A DNA stretch of 64,000 nt from Turneriella sp. (GTDB taxonomy: Bacteria; Spirochaetota; Leptospiria; Turneriellales; Turneriellaceae), in NCBI GenBank assembly GCA_965279515.1, contig CBDIID010000003.1, positions 96,001 through 160,000 of the forward strand, given 5' to 3'. Below the pieces are notes generated by a model. It had not been told where the DNA came from. It saw nothing but the letters and a program-made list of their open reading frames with translations, and searched no databases. This document shows, piece by piece, positions 1-10,460 of this stretch; position 1 is the first letter of the stretch; every line of letters begins with the position of its first letter. The position numbers and the translations under genes were made by a program.

Positions 1-117
1 AATTCTGGCACTTGCAATAAATAATTCAGCTTCTATTCTTACCTCGGATAAAGACTTCCAACATTATCAAAAGCATGTGCAGTTTGAGCTGCAAATGATT
101 GGCCCGTGATGTCGCCC

Positions 118-326
118 AACGTGGATTTTACGCTGACGTTTTTTGACGCTTGTGTCATTTATTCAATCTGTAAAGCCGATTTGCGTCAAAAAATGTGGTC
201 GTAGCGGCTCGCGGCGGCGCGCGAAAACACACCTCCCGGTGTGCGCGTCGTCCGCGATCTTTGCCGCGGAGACCCGAGCACGCGAGGAGCTACGGCACCG
301 CAGCGGCGCAGCGCGTAAAATTTGTT
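118..326 (-). repeat. attC-like site R1 (subtype A, ggattttacgctgacg)
   Basis: AAC...GTT, outer stem ttttacgc/gcgtaaaa, inner hairpins. Confidence 0.85.
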
Positions 327-339
327 GTCTGTCGTAAGC

Positions 340-639
340 CTAGGCAATTTTTTTCAGGCGTGGCTCGACTGTATAGCCAAGCGCGGCCAATACCTTCAGC
401 ATAAAATCAGTGCTAATATCTGATCTGCTTCGATTTAACAATGCAGTAATTCTTGTTCTTGAAGTTCCAACTCGTTTAGCCAAGGTTTCATGCGTCAGCT
501 TGGACTTACTAAATAGGCCAGCGATATCGGAGTTCAACTTTGAACGAAATACCGCGTCGGCGGCTTCATATTCAGTCAAACCAATAGCCTCAAAAAGCTC
601 TTTTGGATTCTTCGCTGTGATTACATTTAATTTAGCCAT
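340..639 (-). CDS. HigA-like XRE/HTH antitoxin
   Basis: HTH (LTHETLAKRVGTSRTRITALL), overlaps upstream RelE-like gene. Confidence 0.8.
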   Translation of the reverse strand: MAKLNVITAKNPKELFEAIGLTEYEAADAVFRSKLNSDIAGLFSKSKLTHETLAKRVGTSRTRITALLNRSRSDISTDFMLKVLAALGYTVEPRLKKIA

Positions 640-967
640 TTGTAGCCTCCAAAATTTCTCTCAATCTCTTCTTGCCGATATCTATTTCGCGTTTCAATGT
701 CTTCTCTGATTTCTTGATAAAAGTGTGAAACACTAAGACTTTGCCAGCTACTTTGAGGTAGTAAAAAGCCCTGTATTGATTCTGCGAATCCTTAACCCTC
801 AATTCGGAGACACCTGGAGCGACAGAAGGCATTGGTCGCGAATCTGGCATACTGACGCTCTCTCCCAGTTGTAAGTCGAGTATCAAATCCCCCAGTTTTG
901 CCTTGATCTCCTTGGAGTAGGACTTAATCTCGGACAATGCTGCCGGATGGAAGTCAGCATCTTTCAC
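632..967 (-). CDS. RelE/HigB (Gp49-like) toxin
   Basis: SRPMPSVAPGVSELRV...YRAFY...HTFIKKSEKT motif; toxin-first HigBA order. Confidence 0.85.
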   Translation of the reverse strand: MKDADFHPAALSEIKSYSKEIKAKLGDLILDLQLGESVSMPDSRPMPSVAPGVSELRVKDSQNQYRAFYYLKVAGKVLVFHTFIKKSEKTLKREIDIGKKRLREILEATNG

Positions 968-1028
968 TGCTTAATGTATTGAAAACAATACATGGCGTCA
1001 AGAAAAACTCGCGTGGCTTATGACAGAC

Positions 1029-1243
1029 AACGTGGAATTTACCCGAAGTCGATAGTGCGTCGCACAATAAATGCAGTCTTCACTCGAAAGCCACGACTTG
1101 ATGCACTATCGATTTGCCGAAGGTCGCCTCGTTGCGCCCGACCAAACAAACGTCCCGTTTGTCGGGCGTCAACGACTCCTGGCGACCGAGGCCGAGCACG
1201 CCCGCCAACGGAGTGCGGGCGCGCGCAGCGGGTAAATTTTGTT
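1029..1243 (-). repeat. attC-like site R2 (subtype D)
   Basis: AAC...GTT; tcgatagtgc/gcactatcga hairpin. Confidence 0.85.
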
Positions 1244-1294
1244 GTGCGAAGGTTTTGCGCCATACGGTAGATGCTTAGCAAAAAATTCCATGGC

Positions 1295-1747
1295 CTAAAT
1301 TAGAATCTTAGTTTCAATGAAATCTAGTCTTTTGCTTAACAAATCTGCCATTTGACGGGTCGGGCGGGCATCCACCGGTATCAAGTCTTCGATTGATCTC
1401 CCTTCTCGCACGGCGTCTACCCAGCGACCCATTTCATACACATAACCAGAAAGAGCCGCCGCTGGCGTTTCGTTATCAATCGCTGATATATAAGCAGATG
1501 GCAAATCACCCACGACTACCCAAAGCCAATTATCGGCCTTGCCATTTGGCAATATCTCAAAGAGGAAAACGGCCACTATACCACCAACTCCCAGGCCAAA
1601 ATGCGCATCTTTGATTTTCTTACACCAAGAGTGGCTTCTCAGATAGTCACTAGCCTCGAGATACATCTTCTTAAGCATTTTAGTGTCTGCGGCGTCTTCC
1701 CCGCGCATCTTTTTGATCGGCACAATATTCTTAAATTCAGCTTTCAT
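1295..1747 (-). CDS. Hypothetical protein, DUF4826-like
   Basis: WLWVVVGDLPSAYI motif; likely start MKAEFK at 1747 because the longer ORF starts inside the IS end. Confidence 0.55.
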   Translation of the reverse strand: MKAEFKNIVPIKKMRGEDAADTKMLKKMYLEASDYLRSHSWCKKIKDAHFGLGVGGIVAVFLFEILPNGKADNWLWVVVGDLPSAYISAIDNETPAAALSGYVYEMGRWVDAVREGRSIEDLIPVDARPTRQMADLLSKRLDFIETKILI

Positions 1748-1812
1748 ATTTATTGCAAAAGTTCCATCAAACTCCAGCAAAATACCCTTCCACGATGAAA
1801 AATAAATGCGCA

Positions 1813-3147
1813 GGTTCAATATCAGAACATCGGTAACGAAAAGTCATCACGACATCGGTAACAGTTCTGCCTCAGGCTTTGCCGTGGTTTCCTCCTGATT
1901 TGGTGTAAACAAATAATTGTTCCGATCGATGTAGCCCAATAGCAGGCCACCGAAGTAGACGTCGATGCGCATGTCGGCGATAAACCGGAGCCCGATCGGG
2001 TAGCCGTTAAAAGAATTGCCGATAAATATCCGGTGCTGCTTGTAGTTGGTGTAACCGCGGTCATTTACCATGCGTACGATGCAATCCTCAGGGTAGGCGG
2101 GTACTACGTCGCCAATATACGGAATTTCAGATGGTAGGTAGAACTCTGATGGCGTCCTCATGCCCAGGGCTTCATGCGGTCGCACATTGTTGAAGTCTTC
2201 GCGCCACTGATCAAACGAAATCTGGTGAAGCTTTAGATCACCGCGAATGCGCCCCTGCAGTTCCGTGCGGATGTCTCTGTGCATACGCTCATGGCCACCA
2301 TTCTGGGCTGGCTTTCCCGGATCAATGCGGTCCAGAGAAATTCCCAAGGACAGCCACCAGACTGACAATTTTGTCAGGCCAAAGAGTCCCCACGATGATG
2401 CGAAAGGAGTTCCGTTGTCAGAGCGAATAATTTCCGGCAGACCATAGCGTTTGAAGAGTCTGGCAAAGTGTTGTTTTACATTGGAAATATTGCCCTTTTC
2501 CAGTATCTGTATCGACAGGATGTACTTACTGTACTCATCGCGAACTGTCAGAGGTTCGCATTTCTCTGCATGTGCAGTATACCACCACCCCTTGAAATCA
2601 ACCGTCCATATGTGATTGGGATGCGTCGCCTTTTCGCGAAGCATCAGCCTCTCTCCGGTTCTGCGGCGCTTCTTTCCTCTTGGCCTTGTCAGACCAGAGC
2701 GCGCCAGAAGGCGATCGACTGTAGGAACTGAAATATCGTCTTTGCGCTCCGGGTAAAGCCTGCAGAAAACCGCATAGATCTTCTTGGCTCCCCAGCGCGG
2801 CCTGTTATTCTTTATGCGAATAATATCGCAGATTGTTTCTTCGTCAGTGCGGTTCGGATTGCCTCCTGGTTTTCGTGACAACTCCGCCAATCCAGCTAAG
2901 CCTTTTTCCAGAAACCTTGCCTTCCACTTGTACCCTGTCTTGGTGCTGATGCCAAACTCGCGGCACAGCTCTGTGAAACTCTCTACGCCCTCCAGGGCGC
3001 GAAAGACAAAAGATCTTTTCTCTTCCATTTTGGTAACCTCTTTCCACGGCATTTGAGCCCCCTGCCGAAGGCAGGCAAAAGCTCTTTGCGAAGCAAAGTG
3101 TTACCGATGTCTTGATAGAAATGTGTTACCTATGTCGTGATAGTACC
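1813..3147 (-). mobile_element. IS481-family IS, copy 1 (1335 bp)
   Basis: Ends GGTTC.../...GTACC with doubled subterminal TGTTACCGATGTC repeats; near-identical to three other copies; flanks do not form a TSD. Confidence 0.85.
1847..3052 (-). CDS. IS481-family DDE transposase
   Basis: N-terminal HTH, rve core WTVDFKG...SDNG...NGGHERMH; single ORF. Confidence 0.9.
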   Translation of the reverse strand: MPWKEVTKMEEKRSFVFRALEGVESFTELCREFGISTKTGYKWKARFLEKGLAGLAELSRKPGGNPNRTDEETICDIIRIKNNRPRWGAKKIYAVFCRLYPERKDDISVPTVDRLLARSGLTRPRGKKRRRTGERLMLREKATHPNHIWTVDFKGWWYTAHAEKCEPLTVRDEYSKYILSIQILEKGNISNVKQHFARLFKRYGLPEIIRSDNGTPFASSWGLFGLTKLSVWWLSLGISLDRIDPGKPAQNGGHERMHRDIRTELQGRIRGDLKLHQISFDQWREDFNNVRPHEALGMRTPSEFYLPSEIPYIGDVVPAYPEDCIVRMVNDRGYTNYKQHRIFIGNSFNGYPIGLRFIADMRIDVYFGGLLLGYIDRNNYLFTPNQEETTAKPEAELLPMS

Positions 3148-3162
3148 CCGCCAATGTCACAC

Positions 3163-3371
3163 AATGTGGATTTTACGCTGACGTTTTTTGACGCTTGTGT
3201 CATTAATTCAATCAGGCAAGCCGATTTGTGTCACCAAATCTGCCCGGAGCGCCTCGCGGCAAAGCACAAAACAAGCGTCCCGCTTGTGCTTTGTCCGCGA
3301 TCTTCTGGCGCGCAGGGCCGAGCACGCGAGGAGCTACGGCACCGCAGCGAGCGCAGCAGGTAAATTTTGTT
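3163..3371 (-). repeat. attC-like site R3 (chimeric A/C, core AAC mutated to AAT)
   Basis: Left arm subtype A, right arm subtype C; outer stem mismatched. Confidence 0.75.
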
Positions 3372-3425
3372 GTCTGACGTTTCTAACCCGCAATATGCCG
3401 CCGTAGCCATGGAGGGCGAAGGCGG

Positions 3426-3722
3426 TTAGTGGAAAGGCTCCTGTAGAATCCTTGCCCCATGCCAAATGATACCTATTTCAACGCGATCTTCACGCACTCT
3501 GTAAATTATGCGATAATCTTGAAAGATGACCTCTCGATAGTCTTTATCAGGAAATTCCGGGACTTTTCGGCCCATTAAGGGATGCTGTTCCAGTTGCTTA
3601 ACGCGGATGTTTATTTCCCGGGCAAGTAACTTGGCATAGGGTAATGAAAACTGTTCAATATACTGGCAAATTGCTTCGAAGCTTTGTATTGCCGGTTCTG
3701 ACCACCTTATTCGGAAAGCCAT
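3426..3722 (-). CDS. RelE/ParE-family toxin
   Basis: IRWSEPA...PLMGRKVPE...YRIIYRV...IWHGAR. Confidence 0.85.
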   Translation of the reverse strand: MAFRIRWSEPAIQSFEAICQYIEQFSLPYAKLLAREINIRVKQLEQHPLMGRKVPEFPDKDYREVIFQDYRIIYRVREDRVEIGIIWHGARILQEPFH

Positions 3723-3901
3723 TTAGCCATGCGCTTTTCCACTTCTTCGTGATCAACGCCACCATTCTTATCTAAATCACTAAAGGCAGCGTCTACCCGT
3801 GCCCTGAAGTAGAGCTTTTCCATAATATCTGATACCGTAGCAGTATCTGGCAATGAGTCTATCATTTTGACGACCTCATCTTTTACTGTAGCCTGTGCCA
3901 T
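3707..3901 (-). CDS. Antitoxin partner of ParE-like toxin
   Basis: Small acidic ORF overlapping toxin start; KDEVVKMIDSLPD...HEEVEKRMAKW. Confidence 0.75.
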   Translation of the reverse strand: MAQATVKDEVVKMIDSLPDTATVSDIMEKLYFRARVDAAFSDLDKNGGVDHEEVEKRMAKWLSE

Positions 3902-4039
3902 AAGACAGGATAGCCAAGCCATTTAGTGCAGCAAGGATTTTCCAGAAATCTCGCTCTAAGCTAAAGTAAGCTCAATCACCAGGGCTCGACCGCGGCATGG
4001 ATGCCGCGTGCATGGTATTGCGGGTTAGAAATGTCAGAC

Positions 4040-4254
4040 AACATGGAATTTACACGAGGTCGATGGTGCGCCGCACAATAATAGTGGGCTTATTTGGAAA
4101 GCCGCATATTAAGCACCATCGATCTGCCGTAGACCGCTCGTTGCGCCTGACCAAACAAACGTCCCGTTTGTCAGGCGTCAACGATCTTTGCGGTCGGAGG
4201 CCGAGCACGCGAGGAGCTACGGCACCGCAGCGAGCGCAGCAGGTAAATTTTGTT
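4040..4254 (-). repeat. attC-like site R4 (subtype D)
   Basis: AAC...GTT folded repeat. Confidence 0.85.
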
Positions 4255-4332
4255 TTCTGACGTAGCTGCCCTTGTGAACCCGGCCATGGACGGCCGGGTG
4301 AAAATTTGGAATACTGGCCCGCGGCAAAATGA

Positions 4333-5280
4333 GTGAGGTCTCATAATTGGCTTGCTGCCCAGCTGGGAAAGCAAAATAAGTTCTTTGTGAAATGCCTCGG
4401 TAAGCTGAGTTTCTTCTCCGTGCTGCTCTTAGTGGCGATACTGCCAATTGGTGCACAACTGACGGAGAAGGATTTCGATGAGCTTCTTGTGGCCGTAGAG
4501 GCGAGTAATTTTAAGAAACTCAAAACAATATTAAATAAAGAAAAGGCGAACGCGAAAGACAAGCACGGTAAACCTCTTTTACACCGAGTGAAAGATATTC
4601 GAATTGCTAGACTTTTTCTCGAAAACGGTAGCAATGTCAATGCAACGGATGGTTATTTCGAGACAACAGCATTGCATAAAGGACCAAGTATTCAGTTTGC
4701 CAAACTCTTTATTGAATTCGGGGCAGACGTAAATGCGAGAACTAGGTATAAGCAAACGCCTTTATATGGGGTTGATACAATTGAACTGGCGAAGTTACTC
4801 GTCGAAAACGGCGCAGACATAAATGCAAGAAATGATTCAGGATATACCCCCCTGCATGTGACGAATAGTATTGCAGTCGCTGCTTTTCTTATCGATAAAG
4901 GCGCAGATGTTAATGCCAGAACTGATGACGGATCGACGCCGATACATCGAGTTCAGGACGTTCGAAAGATTAATCTGCTGATTGAAAAGGGAGCCGATAT
5001 TAACGCTCAGAATAATGCAGGTGAGACCGTTTTGCACCTAGCCGCAAAAGAGGGTCAAACTATTCATGTTGATAAGATGGAAGCAGGTCATCATGCTCCA
5101 TCGCGAACGGACTGGACAGAAAACAAGAAAATTATTAGATTGCTTACTACCCACGGAATAAATGCCTTTTTGAAAAATGCAAAGGGAGAAACAGCTTTTG
5201 AAATTGCTTGGGATAAACAAGTTAAAGCCCTTCTAAAGGCTGCGGAAGAAAAATATCGGGCTCAAATAAAGAGCAAGTAA
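4333..5280 (+). CDS. Secreted ankyrin-repeat protein (inverted cassette)
   Basis: Several GADVNAR...TPLH repeats; signal-peptide-like N-terminus; start uncertain. Confidence 0.9.
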   Translation: MRSHNWLAAQLGKQNKFFVKCLGKLSFFSVLLLVAILPIGAQLTEKDFDELLVAVEASNFKKLKTILNKEKANAKDKHGKPLLHRVKDIRIARLFLENGSNVNATDGYFETTALHKGPSIQFAKLFIEFGADVNARTRYKQTPLYGVDTIELAKLLVENGADINARNDSGYTPLHVTNSIAVAAFLIDKGADVNARTDDGSTPIHRVQDVRKINLLIEKGADINAQNNAGETVLHLAAKEGQTIHVDKMEAGHHAPSRTDWTENKKIIRLLTTHGINAFLKNAKGETAFEIAWDKQVKALLKAAEEKYRAQIKSK

Positions 5281-5385
5281 ATATGCTTTTGAGGAACATA
5301 AACTGTTTGAATTCTTGATTGCCGTGTTTTGACAACCAGTGCCCGCATGGAGGCGGGCAAATAACATTGGGCAGCTATGTCAGAG

Positions 5386-5601
5386 AACGTGGAATTTACC
5401 TGAGGTCGATAGTGCGTCGCACAACAAATGCAGTCTTCATTCGAAAGCCGCGGCTTGATGCACTATCGATCTGCCGTAGGTCGCCTCGTTGCGCCCGACC
5501 AAACAAACGTCCCGTTTGTCGGGCGTCAACGAGTCTTCGCGACCGGAGGCCGAGGACGCGAGCCAACGAAGTGCGCACGCTCGCAGCGGGTAATTCTTGT
5601 T
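5386..5601 (-). repeat. attC-like site R5 (subtype D), IS1182 inserted at its GTT
   Basis: AAC...GTT; continuation gttaggcgcag resumes at 7339. Confidence 0.85.
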
Positions 5602-7338
5602 GAATCTGTAGAATAAGATTGCTTTGGCCTGAAAATTGCCGTAGTTACGTAGGTTATAATGCAACATATCGGGAGAAACCCATGCCGCGATTTAGATCAG
5701 AAAACAGAAGCCAGAATATGCTTGTGCCGGTCGATCTTTCGGATCAGATAATGAAGGGGACACTGGAAGCGACGATCAACGAAGCAATCAATCGGATGGA
5801 CATGACGCCGTTTACCCGCAGAATCAAGAACGACCTCACCGGTGCGCCGGCATATGATCCACGCTCGTTGCTCAAGGTGATTCTCTTTGCCTATTCGCGG
5901 GGGATTTTGTCTTCGCGCCGTATTGCCGATGCCTGCGAGAAGCACATTGTGTTCATGGCCTTGAGCGGTTATAGCAAGCCTAATTTTACCACAATTGCTG
6001 ATTTTATCTCTTCGATGGGGGCAGAGGTTAAGCAGGTTTTCATCCACATTCTGCGAGTCTGTGCGAAAATGGATTTAATCGGCGCGGAGCGCTTTGCGAT
6101 TGATGGGCACAAGCTTTCCTCGAGCGCCGCTAAGGAACATAGCGGTCGCTTTGCCGATTTCAAAAAGCGTATCGAAAAATACTCCGACCTGATCGGGGCT
6201 CTGGTCAGGCAGCATGCAGAAACAGATTTGAAAGAGAGAAAGGCAGCGTTGGCACAAAAGCGTAATCGGCTGACAGCGAAGAAAGAACGACTGGAGGGGT
6301 TTTTAGAATCCAACCAGGCTAAACGGGCAACGCGGAAATGCGGCAAAGAGCCGACGAGCAACGTGACGGATAACGAATCGGCCAAGATAATTTCATCGCA
6401 CGGGGTGATTCAGGGCTATAACGGTGTTGCGGCGACCGATGAGAAATGCCAGATTGTGATCGCGGCCGAAGCGCACGGTACTTCTTACGAGGGCAACCTG
6501 CTGATGCCAATGCTTGGTATAGCCGAAGAGAACATGGCGGATGTCGAAATAGATAAAACAATATCAGAGATACAGGTACTTGCGGACGCAAATTACTTCA
6601 ACGAAGCAAACCTGAAGGCTATGTCAGAGAAAGGGATCGATGCGTATATACCCGATCCGATGTTTCGCAAGCGCGATCCGCGGTTTGCGAATGCAGACGA
6701 CCACAAGGGTAAGACGCGCAGGAATGTCTATGACACGAAGAAGTCACAGGGCTTGCGCGGGTTCGGACAGGAGGATTTTATCCATGACAAGAACGGTGAT
6801 TTTTACATCTGTAAATCGAGTCACCGTCTGAACCGGTGGGCCAATCACGCGAGCAGTGGTGGCCGGGTTTACGGTATTGGAAAAATTGCGCACTGTCGGT
6901 CCTGTCCTTTGCGTAACGAGTGCATGCCCGGTGGTAATGCTCGGTCCAAGAAAATGATTACAGTCGCGAGCACAGATGCAGATAGCAGGCGCATGCCGTA
7001 TTCGACCGCGATGAAGGCTAAAATTGATTCACCAGAGGGCAAGGCGATCTATGCGAGGCGGTTGCAGATTGTGGAACCGGTGTTTGCGAACACCAGGGCG
7101 CATAAAGGGATGAATAAATTTACACTCCGCGGGAAGCGAAAAGTGAATATTCAGTGGCTGCTCTACATGTCGGTTCATAATCTTTCTAAGATTGCCAGGG
7201 CAATTCGTGCGAATCCGCAGTTACAGATAGCGTGATACGGCGTGGGAAATCAGTACTGAAGGAAAAGGCGATTTAGCGGGCAGAACAAAAGACGAACAGG
7301 CCTATTGCGCTACGAGCGGGGACTTTTTCTACAGATTC
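5602..7338 (+). mobile_element. IS1182-family IS
   Basis: Perfect 12-bp TIR GAATCTGTAGAA/TTCTACAGATTC; GTT duplicated at 5599-5601 and 7339-7341. Confidence 0.85.
5682..7235 (+). CDS. IS1182-family transposase
   Basis: GAPAYDPRSLLKVILFAY, AIDGHKL, LADANY, YARRLQIVEPVFAN motifs; RBS ggag before 5682. Confidence 0.9.
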   Translation: MPRFRSENRSQNMLVPVDLSDQIMKGTLEATINEAINRMDMTPFTRRIKNDLTGAPAYDPRSLLKVILFAYSRGILSSRRIADACEKHIVFMALSGYSKPNFTTIADFISSMGAEVKQVFIHILRVCAKMDLIGAERFAIDGHKLSSSAAKEHSGRFADFKKRIEKYSDLIGALVRQHAETDLKERKAALAQKRNRLTAKKERLEGFLESNQAKRATRKCGKEPTSNVTDNESAKIISSHGVIQGYNGVAATDEKCQIVIAAEAHGTSYEGNLLMPMLGIAEENMADVEIDKTISEIQVLADANYFNEANLKAMSEKGIDAYIPDPMFRKRDPRFANADDHKGKTRRNVYDTKKSQGLRGFGQEDFIHDKNGDFYICKSSHRLNRWANHASSGGRVYGIGKIAHCRSCPLRNECMPGGNARSKKMITVASTDADSRRMPYSTAMKAKIDSPEGKAIYARRLQIVEPVFANTRAHKGMNKFTLRGKRKVNIQWLLYMSVHNLSKIARAIRANPQLQIA

Positions 7339-7369
7339 GTTAGGCGCAGTGATTTGAGCTACGTATCAA

Positions 7370-7564
7370 TCATTGTTTCGCCAAGGAGGGCGAAACAATG
7401 CGAACACCACGATCTATGATTAGTTCTTTGAATAGAGCAGAATTGTGCACTTCTTTTGATACCTTTTCAGAATATTCAGCAAGTGAAAGATGCTTATTAT
7501 TCTCGTATTCTCTGTTCCGAATACTTCTGACCCATTCGACACAATCAAATTTCTTCTTCGTCAT
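7370..7564 (-). CDS. Small putative antitoxin downstream of PIN gene
   Basis: MTKKKFDCVEW ORF overlapping PIN gene end. Confidence 0.6.
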   Translation of the reverse strand: MTKKKFDCVEWVRSIRNREYENNKHLSLAEYSEKVSKEVHNSALFKELIIDRGVRIVSPSLAKQ

Positions 7565-8015
7565 AAACCACCTCTTTCGGACTGCGAATTTCTAAACTCC
7601 TATACCCTTCACGGATATTTATTCCATTAAAGCCCATAATTCGGCTCACGTTCACAATATGCTTAAAATTCCAACTTAGCAATAAATCAGCTCCAAAATG
7701 AGCCGCCGTTGCTATGTGCAAGGCATCAACCTGGCACCATTGTGGTACAACCTTCTCCGTAATATACATCTGTGCCAACGTTCGCACTTCTGGCGTGGTG
7801 GTAATTTCAACCTGATATTCCTCGGGTATCCCTTTCAATACATTCTTAATCTCGGTCGGTGCACCTTCAAGCTCTTTCAGAGTCGTATCTGAAATCAAAG
7901 CAATATATCTACCACTCTTAATTCGATCGATAAGCATCAGTGATTCGACCGAGAATTCCTCGTCAAAACAACCGCCAATAACCGACGTATCGAGATAAAC
8001 CTTCAGAACGCGCAT
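7545..8015 (-). CDS. PIN-domain (VapC-like) toxin
   Basis: VYLDTSV...DALHIATA...LLSWNFKHIVN. Confidence 0.85.
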   Translation of the reverse strand: MRVLKVYLDTSVIGGCFDEEFSVESLMLIDRIKSGRYIALISDTTLKELEGAPTEIKNVLKGIPEEYQVEITTTPEVRTLAQMYITEKVVPQWCQVDALHIATAAHFGADLLLSWNFKHIVNVSRIMGFNGINIREGYRSLEIRSPKEVVYDEEEI

Positions 8016-8138
8016 TTTCAGCTAAAATATGCTCTAAAGATATATAAGGTCAACGCATAAATGTCGTGGCCAAAATCGACTGATGCCCGCCACGGATGGC
8101 GGGGGCGCCTTGGAAAACCCTCTCAAATCATTGCGCCT

Positions 8139-8345
8139 AACGTGGAATTTACCTGAGGTTGAGTGACGCTTTGTTCAAGTTTGTGTTCTGTAAAGCCATT
8201 TTGCGTCACTCAATCTGCCCGGAGCGCCTTGCGGCAAAGCACAAAACAAGCGTCCCGCTTGTGCTTTGTCCGCGATCTTCTGGCGCGTAGGGCCGAGCAC
8301 GCGAGGAGCCACGGCACCGCAGCGGCGCAGCAGGTAAATTTTGTT
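8139..8345 (-). repeat. attC-like site R6 (subtype B)
   Basis: AAC...GTT; gagtgacgc/gcgtcactc hairpin. Confidence 0.85.
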
Positions 8346-8437
8346 GTACGCCGTTGCCGTTCGGATAGCCTCGATCAAGGAGGATCGAGGCGTATTTTTG
8401 TTTACGACCGACGATTAATATTTACGGCTCCTTACAG

Positions 8438-9121
8438 ATGTTCCAGAAATTTGGCCAGCTTTTGTTTCTGAGCGTCTCGATGTGTTTCTTCATAAACCCA
8501 AGCCTGATTGGAGCAAGTGATTACCCTGTCCCGGAAGGCTATTACCAAGGCCCCTGTGGAGAGTTATATACGGACAAATACATTGAGAATCTCATTAATT
8601 ATGATAGTTCAAAATCTACCCTTGTAAAGCATTTGGTACCATTACGCCATCTTAACCTACGATTAGAATTCTGGCCACAAAGTTATGGCTTTTATCTTGT
8701 TAAGACTTCACCTTCAAAGTATGAACGCTTCATGTTTTGGAAATGCAATTGTCACGGTCAGGATATGGGATTTAGCTTCAGCAAACTGAACCCCGCGGAT
8801 GACGCAAGTGTCGGCCTGTTCCTCTTAAGTGAACACTCGAGCGAATGGTCATGGAGCAAGAATTTGACGCCTGAAAGACGGTTCATTCGAAAAGAACGCC
8901 TTGAACGGAATCAGGTCTATGCCAAGGAGTTTTCTTTTGGTTTGAAGGACGGACGGGATGTTGTGCGAGCCGAACAGGCTGCTCAAGAAATAATTATTGA
9001 AAAGGAAAAAGCCTGGTCCTTTAATTTTAAGCTAATACCAATAGATTTGCGAGAAGGATTTTTTTGCCTTAAGCCCACTATTGAAGGCATTAAATCTGAT
9101 TTGTTTGAGCTTAAGAAGTGA
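8438..9121 (+). CDS. Hypothetical exported protein (inverted cassette)
   Basis: 227-aa ORF filling cassette, hydrophobic N-terminus. Confidence 0.7.
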   Translation: MFQKFGQLLFLSVSMCFFINPSLIGASDYPVPEGYYQGPCGELYTDKYIENLINYDSSKSTLVKHLVPLRHLNLRLEFWPQSYGFYLVKTSPSKYERFMFWKCNCHGQDMGFSFSKLNPADDASVGLFLLSEHSSEWSWSKNLTPERRFIRKERLERNQVYAKEFSFGLKDGRDVVRAEQAAQEIIIEKEKAWSFNFKLIPIDLREGFFCLKPTIEGIKSDLFELKK

Positions 9122-9182
9122 ACAGCGCCCGCACGATGCGGGCGAATGACCGTGAGTCATTAACCGTACAATTATTTCAGAC

Positions 9183-9395
9183 AACGTGGAAAATACCCGA
9201 CGTTGATGGTGCGTCATGCAATAAATACAGGCTTATTTGGAAAGCCGCATACGGAGCACCATCAATGTGCCCGAAGCGCCTCTCTGAGGAGCGCGAAACA
9301 AACCTCTGGGTTTGCGCGACGAAGAGATCTGTGGCGCGGAGGGCCGAGCACACGACCCAGCGCAGCGGTCGTGCGCGCAGCGGATATTTTTTGTT
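9183..9395 (-). repeat. attC-like site R7 (divergent)
   Basis: AAC...GTT folded repeat. Confidence 0.8.
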
Positions 9396-9444
9396 AGCTG
9401 CAGTTGCCGGTTCGGTAGCCGAGACCAAGGATGGTCGAGGCGAA

Positions 9445-9777
9445 TTACTTGCACCCAAGTTTATTGCAATATGTAGTTCGGATTTCTTGAGACTTAGATT
9501 CGCTTAACGCACCGACTCTGTATCGAATCAGCGACGTATGCAATGTATATATTTTGTCGCATCGGGCGAAGCTAGTCTTTGGCAATGTGCCACTTTTCAA
9601 GTCTGCCTGTTCAATTCGAATTGAATCGGGATGTCCCTGGTTTGAGGTAACAGAGAGGCAAATAAAATCGCCATTTCGGTCAGCAGGCGTCAGTACTACG
9701 ACCGGTCTCTGTTTGGAGCGAGCCAGGTCTGAGAAAGGAAAATTGACGGTTATCAGCTCAAACGGGCTTAAAGTCAT
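9445..9777 (-). CDS. PemK/MazF-family toxin
   Basis: FPFSDLARSKQRPVVVL...SFARCDKIYTL. Confidence 0.85.
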   Translation of the reverse strand: MTLSPFELITVNFPFSDLARSKQRPVVVLTPADRNGDFICLSVTSNQGHPDSIRIEQADLKSGTLPKTSFARCDKIYTLHTSLIRYRVGALSESKSQEIRTTYCNKLGCK

Positions 9778-9958
9778 TCCAGGCATCGTCCTCGGCATTA
9801 TCCCACGTTTTCGAAAGAGATTCTGACTGTGCTAACATTAGATTGGCGTCATCGATGCCGTGCTTTTGCTCTAAATACCCAATAAAATCCATGACTTCTT
9901 GCACAATTGGCTGCGGGAGCCTCTGTAGTTCTTGATATGCTAATTCCGCTAGACTCAT
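9758..9958 (-). CDS. DUF2281-like antitoxin
   Basis: LQRLPQPIVQEVMDFIGYL...WDNAEDDAWND; overlaps toxin. Confidence 0.75.
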   Translation of the reverse strand: MSLAELAYQELQRLPQPIVQEVMDFIGYLEQKHGIDDANLMLAQSESLSKTWDNAEDDAWNDFKPV

Positions 9959-10120
9959 TAGATACCTTGCGCCCTTACTTGCTAAAATATATTGAGGTGT
10001 AAACTATTATTGGCGTTGGGGACTTATGTCAGCCATTTCTTGCTCTTTTCTGAGCAAATAGCGCTAAACCCCGGCATGGATGCCGGGAGCGGACATTTTG
10101 TCTCACCGGCAATTGCAGCT

Positions 10121-10329
10121 AACGTGGATTTTACGCTGACGTTTTTTGACGCTCGTGTCATTTATTCAATTTGTAAAGCCGATTTGCGTCAAAAAATGTG
10201 GTCGTAGCGGCTCGCGGCGACGCGCGCAAACACACCTCCCGGTGTGCGCGTCGTCCGCGATCTTTGCCGCCCAGACCCGAGCACGCGAGGAGCTACGGCA
10301 CCGCAGCGGCGCAGCGCGTAAAATTTGTT
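10121..10329 (-). repeat. attC-like site R8 (A)
   Basis: AAC...GTT folded repeat. Confidence 0.85.
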
Positions 10330-10460
10330 CTCTGACGTAGTTGCGGCTGCAAGCCCGGGCAGGGATGGCCGGGCGGCCACTTTATACAAAAATTCTTGGA
10401 CATAGAATAAACAAGCTTTACACACGAAGCCTGCTGAGCATATCGAATCTTATCTGTTCA

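Noticed and set aside
1822..3056. Small ORFs overlapping the IS481 transposase (MTAVTPTT..., MERGYQNG..., antisense ORFs) in every copy
   Set aside because: Conserved only because the IS copies are near-identical; the 401-aa ORF is complete without a frameshift.
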